Origin: a virus
Direction: 5' to 3' (one strand)
IMG/VR virus record: IMGVR_UViG_3300045988_039967
Location: 1-56,493 of that record
DNA: 56,493 nucleotides
Position numbers and translations under genes: made by a program. Positions 53,807-56,493 of the stretch are shown here, in pieces (position 1 is the stretch's first letter; every line of letters starts with the position of its first letter). Below the pieces are notes generated by a model. It was given only the letters and a program-made list of their open reading frames with translations, was not told where the DNA came from and ran no database searches.

Positions 53807-54283
53807 TTATTCCCCCGGCGTAAAAGCTACAGATTCCTCCATACCCTTATACTCTTCAATGGTAAGGTTCATTTCAATCGTCAAAAGCTCATTCTGTCCG
53901 ATTTCTGGCTGTGGAATCTGCTCTGGCGGCTGTGCCACAAAGAAGAAGCTGTCTGAGAATCCCGGAATGATAGTCTCAAACCACATACGCTTGTTGTCTG
54001 TAAGAGCCTTAAAAGCTGTTATAAGTGCTTTCCATTCCTTGAGCGTATCAGGTGTGAAGTTCACTGTAATTGCTACAGAGCCACCTGTATCAGCCCTTCC
54101 CTTAACATATCTTGTAATTGCATCTTCAAGCGCTGATGCATCAATCTGCTCTGGCTCGATGTTGATACCGCCGATTGCATTTATTCTTGTCAGCTGTGTG
54201 AATGTTGTCGGCTTAGTTCCTGCTGTCGCTTCTACGCCATAACCAAACGTAACACCGAGTGTTGATATTCCTGCTACTGCCAT
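53807..54283 (-). CDS. Major tail protein
   Basis: ATG 54283 after AGGAGG. Pattern ...IDASALEDAITRYVKGRADTGG... Confidence 0.75.
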   Translation of the reverse strand: MAVAGISTLGVTFGYGVEATAGTKPTTFTQLTRINAIGGINIEPEQIDASALEDAITRYVKGRADTGGSVAITVNFTPDTLKEWKALITAFKALTDNKRMWFETIIPGFSDSFFFVAQPPEQIPQPEIGQNELLTIEMNLTIEEYKGMEESVAFTPGE

Positions 54284-54334
54284 ATTGCTACCTCCTAAAA
54301 ATTTGTAAAAAAATAAGAGCATTTCTGCTCTTTG

Positions 54335-54751
54335 TTACAATAATCTGTCATTTGCTCCGATTAACCGCCTAAATCGTGCGGTGCTCTTATGTACTTTGTT
54401 ACTGATTGAGAACTCTGGCATTGCATTGCCTTGAAATCTCATTATCTTGAACGCATCTGTAATTACTGCCATAACCTTGCGACAGTCAGACTTGCTTGTG
54501 TTAGTTGTGACATCTACTTGGAATGTCGCTAACAATGCGTTAATTGTCTGTCCGTCAAGCGTTTGTCCTTGTTCAACTGCTGACAGTAAATGAATGTATA
54601 CTGTTGGGAATACTGCTTGACCGCTGTTTTCCCCCTCATTGGTTATGACTATCTTTGGATATTTTTTTTCAAGTTGTGTTAGGGTTTTAGCCTTGACAAG
54701 TGCTGTGACTGTGTTTTCAAGGTCTGTCGCCCAATCGTTTGCATTTGCCAT
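54335..54751 (-). CDS. Tail terminator / head-tail joining protein
   Basis: 138 aa, position before the major tail protein. Confidence 0.5.
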   Translation of the reverse strand: MANANDWATDLENTVTALVKAKTLTQLEKKYPKIVITNEGENSGQAVFPTVYIHLLSAVEQGQTLDGQTINALLATFQVDVTTNTSKSDCRKVMAVITDAFKIMRFQGNAMPEFSISNKVHKSTARFRRLIGANDRLL

Positions 54752-55287
54752 TAACTAAACACCTCTTTTGCTATCTGCTTATACTGATTAATAATCTCTA
54801 TTGTAGCGTTATACATAGGCATTGTAGCTTTAACGCCGTGTGTATAGTGCCATTGGTTATCATCACCTAAGTAGTACCAACCATCTTCAAATGCATGGAT
54901 TTGTCCCGGATATGTTCCTACGCCCAAGCCAAAATCATTAGCCTTTGGGTTCTCGTTACCGCTGTTGTAATAAATACCTGCGCCAAATTCAATCGCTAAT
55001 AGCGTGTAAAATGGCTCTCTATCTTCTGCCTCAACAGTTTTACCTGTAGCAATTAAAATAGCTTGGTAGCCATCTTGAATAGGCTTTCTGTCAACTCTTA
55101 ATGTTACCGTTCCACCTAATGGGCTTTCGTTAACACTCATAATTGCCGCTTTGTCGCCTAATTCTGCTAGCCGTTCAACAAGCAGTTCGCATTTATACTG
55201 TAAACTCTGCTTATACTGTTGTAGCTGTCTGATAGCTTCATTTACGGACTTTTCAGATAAGGATATATTAATTGTATGTCTTGCCAT
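54751..55287 (-). CDS. HK97 gp10-like tail component
   Basis: 178 aa, position, EFGAG motif. Confidence 0.45.
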   Translation of the reverse strand: MARHTINISLSEKSVNEAIRQLQQYKQSLQYKCELLVERLAELGDKAAIMSVNESPLGGTVTLRVDRKPIQDGYQAILIATGKTVEAEDREPFYTLLAIEFGAGIYYNSGNENPKANDFGLGVGTYPGQIHAFEDGWYYLGDDNQWHYTHGVKATMPMYNATIEIINQYKQIAKEVFS

Positions 55288-55294
55288 AATGCAC

Positions 55295-55753
55295 CTACTT
55301 CACAACTGCTTTAAGCATATACTTAGTTGAATATAATGCCGGCTTAATGCCTACAATCGTAAAGTCTGCTGATGTTTCATCAATAAGTCTGTCAGATGTG
55401 TATGTAGGCTTGCTATTAAGCCAGATAAGGTCGCCCTTTTGAATAGGTAGTGCATTCCTATCTGTCAGCAAAATAGCGTCAAAATCAGCGGTATCAAAGC
55501 CATATTCTTTGCTTTGTGCTTCTCCACCGCTGAATGATATGTTAGCTTTGAAATCGACCGGCTCTGAAAAGCCTGTTTTCTCTTCAAGGACTTTAGGTAT
55601 CTTATTTCCCTCATCATCAAGATAAGGAATGAAGTTACCCTCTGTGTCGGTATATCCCTCATAAAGGATATTGTCGTCATCATCTCTTTCATAGATAGTT
55701 ACTGTCTGTCCTTGAAGTGAATACTTCATAGCCTGCTTATTAATGTCAAGCAT
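55295..55753 (-). CDS. Head closure / head-tail adaptor protein
   Basis: 152 aa, assigned by position. Confidence 0.45.
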   Translation of the reverse strand: MLDINKQAMKYSLQGQTVTIYERDDDDNILYEGYTDTEGNFIPYLDDEGNKIPKVLEEKTGFSEPVDFKANISFSGGEAQSKEYGFDTADFDAILLTDRNALPIQKGDLIWLNSKPTYTSDRLIDETSADFTIVGIKPALYSTKYMLKAVVK

Positions 55754-55754
55754 A

Positions 55755-56081
55755 TTACCTCACATCCTTGCCAAATCGCTTCCATAATTCGGATAACTTC
55801 TCCCACCCATACATCGAAACGAACGCTACAACAAAACCTGCCATAATTGCCGCAAGAATCATATACCACAGTATTGTCATCTGAATATACTGCATATAGG
55901 CAACAAATGTCACTACAGTAATACCGATTGACAGGACAAATACTACAATATCTGTAGGCACTTTATTGAATACTCCGATGCCCTTAATTACCTGCGTAAT
56001 TACAGACACCATAAAAGCTAATGCCCCGATGATTGCTAACACGATTGTCATGTTTGTGATTAATACCTGCATAATTTCCAT
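55755..56081 (-). CDS. Holin (three TM segments, charged C-terminus)
   Basis: 108 aa, three hydrophobic segments, ends KRFGKDVR. Confidence 0.6.
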   Translation of the reverse strand: MEIMQVLITNMTIVLAIIGALAFMVSVITQVIKGIGVFNKVPTDIVVFVLSIGITVVTFVAYMQYIQMTILWYMILAAIMAGFVVAFVSMYGWEKLSELWKRFGKDVR

Positions 56082-56386
56082 TAGTCTTTGCCTCCATTCT
56101 TTAAGTGAATTTCCTGTATTTCGTTATACATCTTAGTTACCATCCCATTACCGCCTAAAGCGTGATATGCGTTATACATCTCGACGAAATTATCATAGGC
56201 GTAAGATGGTATTTCGCCTATTTTCATATACTTATCGTGATATTCGATAAGCTGTACTCGCAAAAGCAACATTGTGCCTTTACTATTGGCGTCTTTGTCT
56301 TTTTTCTGTTGCTTCAGAAGCCAGACTATATAGCCAAGTAATATTGGCAACACTATGGTGTAAGTCTGTAATAAAATTTCTTTCAT
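56081..56386 (-). CDS. Single-TM membrane protein (possible holin partner)
   Basis: ATG 56386 after AGGAG. N-terminal TM followed by a KQQKKDKD segment. Confidence 0.5.
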   Translation of the reverse strand: MKEILLQTYTIVLPILLGYIVWLLKQQKKDKDANSKGTMLLLRVQLIEYHDKYMKIGEIPSYAYDNFVEMYNAYHALGGNGMVTKMYNEIQEIHLKNGGKD

Positions 56387-56438
56387 TTTATATCTCCTGC
56401 GATTAAAATATGGCACACCGCCCACCACCCTTAATGTG

Positions 56439-56493
56439 TGCCGCCTGCTACCATATTGCCGACATCAGTAACATGGTAACGCACAATCTTCTT
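56439..56493. repeat. Terminal direct repeat copy 2 (circular assembly overlap)
   Basis: Identical to nt 1-55. Confidence 0.95.

Noticed and set aside
1-56493. Stop-codon reassignment (prompted by the UUA-anticodon tRNA)
   Set aside because: - Long uninterrupted ORFs under the standard code (1457, 671, 641, 594 and 530 aa) show no sign of in-frame stop usage.
- Normal gene density points the same way.

Overview
The window is a complete, circularly closed genome of a temperate siphovirus-type tailed phage. The first 55 nt are identical to the last 55 nt, leaving about 56.4 kb of unique sequence. The AT-rich sequence, strong GGAGG-type ribosome binding sites, sporulation-flavoured accessory genes and Firmicutes-type modules suggest a Clostridia-like host.

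Almost all genes are on the minus strand.

**Late operon.** It starts at terS (14023) and runs downward through coordinate 1:
- terS
- MazG, DUF3310 and a tRNA array
- a block of Cys-rich small proteins
- an ATP-dependent ligase and RtcB
- terL, portal, scaffold, major capsid protein and head-tail connector
- across the wrap point: holin pair, head-tail joining proteins, major tail protein and the G/GT chaperones with a -1 frameshift
- a 1457-aa tape measure protein, Dit-like and Tal-like proteins, tail fibre and an M15 endolysin (42867)

**Early region (42039 down to 24242).** It contains:
- a Cro/CI switch
- a Bro-N antirepressor
- a recombination block (Rad50-like ATPase, RecT, MBL-fold hydrolase, SSB)
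- a DNA methyltransferase split at a G9 tract
- replication genes (DnaD-like organizer, G39P-like loader)
- Xis and a tyrosine integrase

**Accessory and moron regions.**
- 20354-23887: a lipoprotein and a cluster of Gly/Cys/Gln-rich and TNF-like proteins.
- 18557-20280: an RHH-regulated operon ending in a lone Cas5 (type I-B-like) homolog.
- 16122-18520: a plus-strand island with its own HTH switch, tRNA T-loop-like hairpins and an orphan consensus promoter in front of ORF-poor structured sequence.

**Most interesting observations.**
- The solo cas5 operon.
- The RtcB + ligase + tRNA island wedged between terS and terL.
- Non-canonical tRNA-like RNA elements, including a tRNA with an apparent UUA anticodon.
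- Several homopolymer-linked frame changes.

All family assignments come from motif recognition by eye. No database search was possible.
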